A DNA stretch of 64,000 bases, taken from Verrucomicrobiales bacterium (GTDB lineage: Bacteria; Verrucomicrobiota; Verrucomicrobiia; Limisphaerales; UBA1100). Shown here piece after piece: positions 24,710 to 32,477 of this stretch (its first letter is position 1; every line of letters begins with the position of its first letter). Below the pieces are notes generated by a model. That model was given only the letters and a program-made list of their open reading frames with translations. It was not told where the DNA came from and did no database searches. Made by a program: the position numbers and the translations under genes. The DNA is taken from assembly GCA_038139415.1 (NCBI GenBank), contig JAYOSV010000012.1:1-64000 (forward strand). The letters are read 5' to 3'.

Positions 24710-25861
24710 TTATCTCCCGAATTTAGCGTGAGCCTCGGCAAACTCATTGCTGACAATCGCGCCTGCCAATGAAATCTCCAACGCCAGCGCCGAGGCACAA
24801 ATAATTTCCGCCAGTTTACGCGAAGAATACTGCCCCCCCGCGCAGCCTACCAACTGCAGGTTGCCGTGCTGCGCGTTCAAGCGCGTCGCACCGCCCACCG
24901 TGCCGACCGTGAGGCTTGGCATACTAAGTGTGGCATACAAATCTTCCCCGCGTTTCTCATAAGTAGCAATGCCGATGGCGTTCTCCGCCACACAAGCCAC
25001 ATCCTGCCCCAGTGCCAGATACAACGCCGCCAGCGCATTGGCCACGTGCAGGTTCATACCCAGAAGGCCGGCCATTTGTGAGCCGAGATGTTTATCCACC
25101 AACGCCTCCAAAATCTCATCCGCCGAAACCCGCAGCAGCTTTTTTAACACCCGATTGGGCACCTGAAAACTGGCGATCACATGATGCCCTCGCCCCTTCA
25201 TGAGGCTGCGCTGCGCGGGGTTTTTGTCCGCGTTGAAATTACTCTCCACCAGATACCGGTACGGCGTGCCGTTGGAGAGATTCTCCACAATGTACCGGCA
25301 AGCGGCGTCGGTGCTGAGCGTTACCATGTTTTGGCCGGCAGCCTCCGCGGTGTCGTAAATGAAATCGAGAATCACCCGGTTGTGAATGGGGAGTTTATCG
25401 ATGCGCAGCAGCTTGCCGTGGTGCGTGGTGCTCTCGGCCGCCGCCTTGATCTCATCATAATGTACATCAATCTGCTCCATGAACTGGAGTGCCTGCTCGA
25501 TTTCATTAAAGCGAAACACCGGCGCGCGTGACAGCTCCTGCTTCACATGCCGTGTCTTAATGCCGCCGCTGCGGTGCGTGAGATAGAAGCCGCGCGTCAT
25601 AGAAAGTGACAACGTCCCCTCCACCGTGCACAAGGGCACATAAAAATCGCCCTGCGCGTAGGTGCCATCAATCTTGAGTGGACCTGACACACTCTGCGGC
25701 AGGCCCACGAAGCCCACGTGATTTTCGATCAGTCCCTTGAGATTATCCGGTTCATCCAGAGCAAACTCCGGCATCGCGTGCCCTGTCTGCTCCTTCAACC
25801 AAAGACGGCGCGCCTCGGTATCCGCCTGAGTATAGCCCCGCGGTGGTGTGAGTTTATTCAT
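24710..25861 (-). CDS. HMG-CoA reductase family (class I catalytic domain only, soluble) thioester reductase
   Basis: Aligns by eye to class I HMGR blocks: TVEGTLSLSMTRG (≈TTEGCLVASTNRG), AEAAGQNMV (≈GDAMGMNM), ALYLALGQDVACVAEN (≈AIYIACGQDAAQNV), TVGTVGGAT (≈EIGTVGGGT). The catalytic Glu, Lys and Asp equivalents appear present. The C-terminal His region is diverged. First gene of the operon, 2-nt gap to the next. Confidence 0.75.
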   Translation of the reverse strand: MNKLTPPRGYTQADTEARRLWLKEQTGHAMPEFALDEPDNLKGLIENHVGFVGLPQSVSGPLKIDGTYAQGDFYVPLCTVEGTLSLSMTRGFYLTHRSGGIKTRHVKQELSRAPVFRFNEIEQALQFMEQIDVHYDEIKAAAESTTHHGKLLRIDKLPIHNRVILDFIYDTAEAAGQNMVTLSTDAACRYIVENLSNGTPYRYLVESNFNADKNPAQRSLMKGRGHHVIASFQVPNRVLKKLLRVSADEILEALVDKHLGSQMAGLLGMNLHVANALAALYLALGQDVACVAENAIGIATYEKRGEDLYATLSMPSLTVGTVGGATRLNAQHGNLQLVGCAGGQYSSRKLAEIICASALALEISLAGAIVSNEFAEAHAKFGR

Positions 25862-25871
25862 TGTGTTTGGC

Positions 25872-25928
25872 CAAAAATCCCCAAAAAGGGGCCGCCTGCG
25901 TCGTTGGGTTTGTTACAAACAGGCGGCC
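25872..25928 (-). terminator. Rho-independent terminator downstream of the MMPL gene (minus strand)
   Basis: 9-bp perfect inverted repeat GGCCGCCTG / CAGGCGGCC (25890-25898 / 25920-25928). On the minus-strand transcript it is followed by CCCCUUUUUGGGGAUUUUUGG. Confidence 0.55.
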
Positions 25929-25961
25929 GAAATCTACCCAGCCACCTCCCATCGTCCAGCA

Positions 25962-28283
25962 TTACTTATGCTCTCCCTGTCCCAACCACACCGGTAACAG
26001 CACCAGTGCTGCCAGTAAAGCCCCTGCCAGTCCCACCGCCAATAATAGCCCGAAATGCACCACCGGCGGGAATACCGACACCCAGAAAACCATCATCATC
26101 CCCACCAAGATGATCGTGGTCGCCACAATCGGCCGCCCTTTTACCCGCAAGGCCGACCGGGTGGCTTCAGCCGGAGTCGCCCCCGTCAGCCGTTCATCCC
26201 GCCAATGCGTGATAAAATGAATCGTGTCATCCACTGCCACCCCCAAAGCGATCGCCGCCACCATGATGGTTATTGAATTCAGCGGCACACCGGCAAACCC
26301 CTGCAAGGCGATGATCATTCCCACAGGCAATAAATTCACCGCCAACGCCAGCACGGCCAATCCCACTGATCTCCACAGCACGGCCAAGATGACGCCGATG
26401 ACGCCCACGGACCACCCCACACTGCGGCGTTGGCTGCGCACGATCCGTCGGTCCGCTTCGAGGATACTTCGAATCCCGTTTTCCGCGGAGACCGTCACAT
26501 TCGTTGGAGCCGCCGTGCGCGCTTCGGTTTCCACTCGCTCCAGTAATTCCAAATACTCACTGCTCGGCATGTCGCGCGTGCGCAGAGTGAGTTGGGCCGT
26601 CTGGAAATTGGTGTCGCACAACATCGTGAGGAACGGCAGTTGCTCTTTCTGCGAAGCCACAAAGCCAGAAAAGAGCGTGGTCATCAGCGGATTTTCCGGC
26701 AGGCGAAACGTCCCTTCCTGACCGCCTTCCCACACCTCGTTAATCGCCGCCATTAATTGCGTGTAGGAATACACCGCCGTCACTCCCGGCTCACGCGCCG
26801 CTAGTTGATGCACCGAATCGAGGTATTGCAAAAAATAAGGATTGTTCAAACCGTTGGTGATGCCCGAATCCACCTGCACCTGCACCACATTAATGCCGCC
26901 GTAGGCATCGTCCATTTCCTCAATCATCACGCGCGTAGGACTGTTGCCGTTCAGGAATTCCACCGCCCGCACATCCGTCCGCACTTGACTCAACCCCACC
27001 AGCAGCAATACCGCACTCAACACCAATAACACCGCCATCGGCTGGCGCATTGCCTGCATACGATCCGCCCATTCCGACCAACCCAAACGATTCGCTTCGG
27101 GGTTGTATTCAGGCGCGGGTTTGTCTCGAGAAGACCGTTTCGCGAACAACACCGGCAGCCAGGCCAGCCCCGGCCCAAAGGTCAGCCCGAATAACATCGC
27201 AATCCCGCTCGCGCCAAGCACACCGAATTCGCGCAATTGCTCAACGTCACTGGCCACCAGGGCCAGTAACCCCGTAATCGTCGTCAGCGCCGCAAACCCG
27301 CTGGCGCGCAGGACTTCCCGGCCCATTGATTTCACGGCTACCATCGCCTCCTCGCCGGCCAGCCAAGCCCGCTGGAATGAGGTCGCCACATGCGTCAACA
27401 GCGTGAGATGCACCGCACTCAACAACGGCACCAACAGAGTTGTAAAAATATTCAGCTGCTGACCGGATAACTGATACAACGCCGGCAACAGCACCAGCCC
27501 CATCACTTGATTCGCCAGCACGTACACCATTAGGCGCGGGGTCCGACGAAAGGTGAACGCCAACACCACCAGTAACAGCCCCAACGCCGCCGGCACAAAC
27601 CGCGCAGCGTCCGTTTTCACGGCAGTTCGAATTTCATGCTCAATCAACGGCAACCCGATTGCGTTTACCGAATGACCGCGTTGCCGAAATTGTTCCAACA
27701 CCGCGCCAATTTCCTGATCAAACACCGTCTGCTCTTCCGTGGTCACCAACGGCCGGGTGTAATTGGCTAGGATCACCGTGTGCCGGCCGTTTTCCGCCAC
27801 CAGAATATTTCGGGCATAGGGATGTTTCTGCGACCAATGCCGCAGCTCGCTCATCCCCGAGGCATCCAGTCTGGATGGCACAATATTTTTCCAGACCAAC
27901 CCAAACCCTTGCCGCACCGGCCGTTGGGCGGTTACCAAACTGTGCACGTTGGTGATCGAAAACGCCTGCCCCTGCACATTGGTCACCTCCGTCACCGCCC
28001 CGGGCACTTTCCCCAGTTCCCATGTCACCTCGCGGATCAATTCCAGCCCAGCCGGCGAATACACCTCGCCGCAATCTAGGCTCACCGCAATTGGCACCGT
28101 CTCCCCCAGGACCTCCCGGGCCGTCTCGTAGCTTTGCAAGTTACGTTGATCGCCCGTGAGCAGATCATTTATCTCGGTATCCACTTCCAGATTGACCATC
28201 CAAACTGAAATTCCGCAGGCCGCTAGCAACACACACAGGGTGGCTCGCGGGAAATTCAGAAATGGATAACGCAACATCTTCAA
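25962..28283 (-). CDS. MMPL/RND-superfamily (HpnN-like) 12-TM exporter
   Basis: 773 aa. Two 6-TM bundles, each followed by a large periplasmic loop; the layout typical of MMPL/SSD transporters. Confidence 0.75.
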   Translation of the reverse strand: MKMLRYPFLNFPRATLCVLLAACGISVWMVNLEVDTEINDLLTGDQRNLQSYETAREVLGETVPIAVSLDCGEVYSPAGLELIREVTWELGKVPGAVTEVTNVQGQAFSITNVHSLVTAQRPVRQGFGLVWKNIVPSRLDASGMSELRHWSQKHPYARNILVAENGRHTVILANYTRPLVTTEEQTVFDQEIGAVLEQFRQRGHSVNAIGLPLIEHEIRTAVKTDAARFVPAALGLLLVVLAFTFRRTPRLMVYVLANQVMGLVLLPALYQLSGQQLNIFTTLLVPLLSAVHLTLLTHVATSFQRAWLAGEEAMVAVKSMGREVLRASGFAALTTITGLLALVASDVEQLREFGVLGASGIAMLFGLTFGPGLAWLPVLFAKRSSRDKPAPEYNPEANRLGWSEWADRMQAMRQPMAVLLVLSAVLLLVGLSQVRTDVRAVEFLNGNSPTRVMIEEMDDAYGGINVVQVQVDSGITNGLNNPYFLQYLDSVHQLAAREPGVTAVYSYTQLMAAINEVWEGGQEGTFRLPENPLMTTLFSGFVASQKEQLPFLTMLCDTNFQTAQLTLRTRDMPSSEYLELLERVETEARTAAPTNVTVSAENGIRSILEADRRIVRSQRRSVGWSVGVIGVILAVLWRSVGLAVLALAVNLLPVGMIIALQGFAGVPLNSITIMVAAIALGVAVDDTIHFITHWRDERLTGATPAEATRSALRVKGRPIVATTIILVGMMMVFWVSVFPPVVHFGLLLAVGLAGALLAALVLLPVWLGQGEHK

Positions 28284-28389
28284 GACGCCCGCTTTTACGA
28301 TGAATATCGGCTAGGAACGAACCTTTTCAGACCGTCTCCAGACAAAAGGAATTCCGTGACAGCCGCCAAGCACTCGTTACCATCGCCTT

Positions 28390-29757
28390 ATGCTTTCCCG
28401 CAGAAACTGGCTACTCACCGCTTCCCTTGCCGCCGTCGCGCCCATGACAGGGCTGTCTCGGCTGCAACCAGCCGCACGCCCCGGCCGCACTGAGCCGGGC
28501 TTTCGTATCAAAGACATTCGGCGCACCACCGTCGCCCTGCCGTATCGCCCCGTGCCCGCACGTAACATGGCCCGCGAATTGCCGCATTGGGTGTACACGG
28601 AAATCTGCGAGGTGGAGCTGGCCAATGGAACAGTCGGATTTGGCGAGACGATGCTGTACTACACTTGGGGTGCCACAAGCGATGAGGATGTGAACTTTGC
28701 CAATGGCAAAAACGCCGCCACCATTATGTGGAATGACGAACTGGGTGCCGGATTGCAAATGGCCTGTTTCGATGCCGTCGCCCGCGCCATGGATGTGCCT
28801 ATCCACGCACTGCTCGGCAAACAGGCTCACACCCGTACGCCGGTGGCCTGGTGGGATATCGATCTGCCTCCGGAAGATGTCGCCGCCGAAACCAAAGCCG
28901 CCGCCGCCGCCGGATACACCGCCTTCAAAACCAAAGGCCGCCCGTGGTTTGATATCTGGGAACAAGCCAAGCAAGGCAACGCCGCCGCGCCGGAAGGGTT
29001 TTCGATCACGTTTGATTACAACGATACCCTGCTCGACGCCGAACGCGGCATTCCGATCCTCAAGGCCGTGGAGCAATATCCCATCAGCAAGGTGGTGGAA
29101 ACCCCCATCCCGCAGGGCGACATCCCCGGCAACCAACGCATCCGGCGGGAAACCAAATCTGCGGTGGCCATGCACTACGGAAATCCCTCGCCGGTCGTCG
29201 CCATCCGCCAGCGCGTGTGCGACGGTTTTGTCGTGGGCGGAGGCGCCACCAGGGTCATGACTGCCGGCCGCATTGCCGCCATGGCCGACATGCCCTTCTG
29301 GCTACAGCTCGTCGGCAGCTCAATCACCGGCGCATGGTCGCGGCAATTCGGCGCCGTCCTTAGCCATGCCACCTGGCCGGCCGTAACCTGTTTCCAGTTG
29401 TACGCCGCCCAACCCACCAAACAAAACGTCGAGGTGCGCAACGGGTTCACCCCCATCCCCAATACACCAGGTCTGGGCGTGGAACTCGATTGGAAAGTCA
29501 TCAACCAATACAAAGTGCCCAAACCGCCCGAACGCCCCGAGCCCGAACGCCTGCTGGAAACCCGCTGGCCCGACGGCCGCAAGCTCTACATCGGCAGCAA
29601 CGGCAACGTGAATTATATGCTGCGGAAATTCATGAAGCCCAGCAACCTCTCCTACTTTGAACCCGGCGTGACCTGCCATCTGCTGGTGAACGACGGCTCC
29701 AAGGACTGGCGCGATCTCTATCAACGCGCCCGAAGACGCCCCGTGCTGACGCGCTAG
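28390..29757 (+). CDS. Enolase-superfamily (mandelate racemase/muconate lactonizing enzyme-like) protein with TAT signal
   Basis: Twin-arginine signal MLSRRNWLLTASLAAVAP. MR/MLE-like blocks ACFDAVARAMDVPIHALLGK and AFKTKGRPW. Confidence 0.55.
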   Translation: MLSRRNWLLTASLAAVAPMTGLSRLQPAARPGRTEPGFRIKDIRRTTVALPYRPVPARNMARELPHWVYTEICEVELANGTVGFGETMLYYTWGATSDEDVNFANGKNAATIMWNDELGAGLQMACFDAVARAMDVPIHALLGKQAHTRTPVAWWDIDLPPEDVAAETKAAAAAGYTAFKTKGRPWFDIWEQAKQGNAAAPEGFSITFDYNDTLLDAERGIPILKAVEQYPISKVVETPIPQGDIPGNQRIRRETKSAVAMHYGNPSPVVAIRQRVCDGFVVGGGATRVMTAGRIAAMADMPFWLQLVGSSITGAWSRQFGAVLSHATWPAVTCFQLYAAQPTKQNVEVRNGFTPIPNTPGLGVELDWKVINQYKVPKPPERPEPERLLETRWPDGRKLYIGSNGNVNYMLRKFMKPSNLSYFEPGVTCHLLVNDGSKDWRDLYQRARRRPVLTR

Positions 29758-31568
29758 GCCGCGGCCATGGTACGGGTCTTTTCCTGCGCCGAAGCAATTT
29801 GATCGGGCGTCATGCAACGTTCGGTCAGCCGCTTGTATTTAGACGCTATATCTAGCCCTTGTGCTGCGGCGTGGTTAAACCAGACGTATGCCAGCACATA
29901 ATCCTCAGGTACTCCTCGGCCGCGCAAATAACAATCGGCCAGTAACAACTGTGCAGCGGCCACGCCCTGCGCGGCCGCTGCCTTAAACCATTTGGCCGCC
30001 TCAGCCTCGTTGGCCTCCACGCCTTCACCGTGTTGATACAGGGAAGCCAACACATACTGCGCCGAGGCATGGCCCTGTCGCGCCGCGCGCTGGTACCATT
30101 CGATGGCTCCCGATAAGTCCGCCTCTCCACCACGGCCGGTGTGAAGCATAACCGCGAGGTTATACTGTGCACGCGGCAAACCCTGCTCGGCAGCCAAGGC
30201 GTACCAACGTAGGGCCGACTCCGGGCTTTCCTCCACACCGCGCCCGCGCTCGTACAGGGCGCCGAGGTTACATTGCGCACTGGCCACAGCCTGTTCGGCG
30301 GCTTGGCGAAAATACTCCGCAGCCCGAACATCATCCGGGATCACCCCGCGCCCCTGTAAGTACAGCACTCCAATGTTAAACTGTGCAGTGGCATGGCCGT
30401 TTTCCGCGGCCAAGGTGTACCAATCAATCGCATGCTCCGGATCCGGCTCGCAGCCTTCGCCGCGCTCCAAAGCCACGGCCACGGCAAACTGCGCCTCTAC
30501 CTTACCGCCCTCAGCCGCCTTACGATACCACTTGTAGGCCTCGGCTTGCGCCTTTTCAGAGCTATCCCCCAGAAGGGTTCCGTCGTCATACACGCCGGCC
30601 AAACAATACTGTGCCTCGGGGTGCCCCGCCACCGCGGCCAACCGGAGCCAATGCGCACCCATTTCGGCGTTCATCGGCACGCCATCGCCTTCCACCAAAT
30701 GTCGGCCAAGATTGTACTGCGCGGGCACGCATCCTTGTTGTGCCGCCGCGCCGTACCAGCGAATTGCCTCCGCGAGATCAGGCGTGGTGCCGCGCGCTTC
30801 GATCAGGCGCAGGGCGAGATTGTTTTGGGCGGTCACATGGCCTTGCTCAGCCGCCTTTCGATACCAACGGCTAGCCGCGCCTTTATCATGATCGCCGCCT
30901 TCTCCGGCGGCGCACATTTCCGCGAGGGCAAATTGCGCTTCGCTGAAGCCTGTCTTAGCCGCCTGCTGAAGAAGATCCCGGGCCACATCCGGTTCGGCCG
31001 CTGTGCCACGACCGTGCCGCAGCCGAATGCCGAGGTTGTGTTGAGCAGCGGTCAATCCCTGCTCTGCCGCCTTGCGAAACCAGCCAACCGCCTCAGTTTC
31101 ATTCGGCTCCACCCCGAGCCCCTCGGAGAGACAAATGCCCAGGCGGTTTTGAGCTGCCGCCACATCTTGTTCGGCAGCCTTACGGGTCCATTCGTAGGAC
31201 TCGGTTAAATCCTTTACCACGCCCTCGCCCTGCCAAAGATGGCGTGCCAAATTCCATTGGCCGGCGGCCATGCCTTGCTGTGCGGCACGGCGAAACCATT
31301 TCACAGCCTCCTCTAGCTGGGGGCTCTCCAATCGTTTTCCCGCCAGCAAAAGCCCAAGATTGTTTTGCGCCGGAGCAAAATCCTGTTGAGAAGCTTTGCG
31401 ATACCATTTGACGGCCTCGGCGACTTCCTTGGGGCCGTTTTCGGCCGTGCCCAGTTTGATACCCAATAAATACTGTGCCCGCACCGAGCCACCCCGGGCG
31501 GCCAGCCGCAGCTCCACTAGCTCCTTCAATGAGGCGGTCTTATCCTTGATGTCGCTTGGTATGGACAT
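29754..31568 (-). CDS. Sel1-repeat (TPR-like) protein, ~14 repeats
   Basis: Tandem ~36-aa repeats with the A.(Q/E).NLG..Y..G.GV..D...A..W(Y/F)R.AA.QG pattern. The start is set at MSIPSDIK; the track's 21-aa extension is not required. Confidence 0.8.
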   Translation of the reverse strand: MSIPSDIKDKTASLKELVELRLAARGGSVRAQYLLGIKLGTAENGPKEVAEAVKWYRKASQQDFAPAQNNLGLLLAGKRLESPQLEEAVKWFRRAAQQGMAAGQWNLARHLWQGEGVVKDLTESYEWTRKAAEQDVAAAQNRLGICLSEGLGVEPNETEAVGWFRKAAEQGLTAAQHNLGIRLRHGRGTAAEPDVARDLLQQAAKTGFSEAQFALAEMCAAGEGGDHDKGAASRWYRKAAEQGHVTAQNNLALRLIEARGTTPDLAEAIRWYGAAAQQGCVPAQYNLGRHLVEGDGVPMNAEMGAHWLRLAAVAGHPEAQYCLAGVYDDGTLLGDSSEKAQAEAYKWYRKAAEGGKVEAQFAVAVALERGEGCEPDPEHAIDWYTLAAENGHATAQFNIGVLYLQGRGVIPDDVRAAEYFRQAAEQAVASAQCNLGALYERGRGVEESPESALRWYALAAEQGLPRAQYNLAVMLHTGRGGEADLSGAIEWYQRAARQGHASAQYVLASLYQHGEGVEANEAEAAKWFKAAAAQGVAAAQLLLADCYLRGRGVPEDYVLAYVWFNHAAAQGLDIASKYKRLTERCMTPDQIASAQEKTRTMAAA

Positions 31569-31715
31569 TTTTACCCTGCACAGGTACGGCCTAATGTGGA
31601 AAAGACGCCTTTTAGACGTTTTTTCTGACATTTTCCAGGCTTCTCCTTAGCGCAAAATTCTCGGGATTATTTGAGCAACCATTATGCCATTTTGTGAATA
31701 AACAGTTAATAACAC

Positions 31716-31739
31716 GAAAAACCCCGCCCGAAGGTGGGG
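31716..31739 (-). terminator. Rho-independent terminator for the 31776-32474 gene
   Basis: On the minus strand: CCCCACC-UUCG-GGCGGGG hairpin followed by UUUUU (plus strand gaaaaaccccgcccgaaggtgggg). Confidence 0.55.
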
Positions 31740-31775
31740 TAAACAGGCGTGGTTGGGTAGCCCGTTGAGGATAAT

Positions 31776-32474
31776 TTATTGAGTGTCGGTCTGCTTCTTT
31801 TTGCCGCGTTTTTGGCGTTTAAGCCGCGCACCGTCTTCGTAGGTTTCCTCTCCATCTGGTGAATCCACCCTAAGAATCTTGAATCCGCGATCAGTGATTT
31901 GCGCGAAAACCTTAGCTCCATCGCCGCATTCAGTTTCAACACTGATCAGCAAGCCGGTATCGGCCACCTTCCAAGTGCCGGTGAAAATCTCCCCTTCATT
32001 CGGGTCTTCCGCCGACCGAATTGAGGTGTGGCCGTTTGGCTGCAATTCAACCTGCATTCCCTCGCCATCAAACTCGCCGGTGTAAATGCCGGCGGGCCCT
32101 TTGTCCGCCAAGGCCTTTTTCTTAGCAAAGTGCGGTGCCATGAGTTCGTTCACTTCACCGTCCGGATTGATGATTTTCCTAAGAATTAGGTCGGCGCCAT
32201 CACGATGGAACACCACAGTGCCTTGGTCTCCATCAACGAAGGCGAGCTTGGCTGTCACGGTGTTGCCCTCTGCCTTCCAGGTACCGCGCATCACTACCTC
32301 CGGCTCGTCAGGAGACGGATGCACGATCATGGTGCCGTCGGCTTTCAGAATGGCTCGGGCTTCGTCGCCTTGCACCACGCCAACATAAACGCCGGCCAAG
32401 GCGGGTTTCTTATTATCGGCCCAAACCGAATTCAGCAGTCCGGTTACCAGAGCCAGTGTGAAAATGATACGCAT
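31776..32474 (-). CDS. Secreted hypothetical protein (signal peptide, Lys-rich C-terminus)
   Basis: Signal MRIIFTLALVTGLLNSVWA. No recognised motif. Confidence 0.5.
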   Translation of the reverse strand: MRIIFTLALVTGLLNSVWADNKKPALAGVYVGVVQGDEARAILKADGTMIVHPSPDEPEVVMRGTWKAEGNTVTAKLAFVDGDQGTVVFHRDGADLILRKIINPDGEVNELMAPHFAKKKALADKGPAGIYTGEFDGEGMQVELQPNGHTSIRSAEDPNEGEIFTGTWKVADTGLLISVETECGDGAKVFAQITDRGFKILRVDSPDGEETYEDGARLKRQKRGKKKQTDTQ

Positions 32475-32477
32475 GAG

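Noticed and set aside
24710-25861. Interpretation of the HMGR homologue as a conventional mevalonate-pathway HMG-CoA reductase
   Set aside because: Not fully rejected, but disfavoured. No other mevalonate-pathway gene lies nearby. It is translationally coupled to ether-lipid genes that need a thioester-to-alcohol reductase. The C-terminal catalytic-His region is diverged.
28411-29175. 254-aa minus-strand ORF antisense to the MR/MLE-like gene
   Set aside because: Gly/Arg/His-rich shadow ORF. The plus-strand gene has an enolase-superfamily pattern and a TAT signal.
30393-31208. 271-aa plus-strand ORF antisense to the Sel1-repeat gene
   Set aside because: No motifs. The sense-strand Sel1 periodicity is unambiguous.
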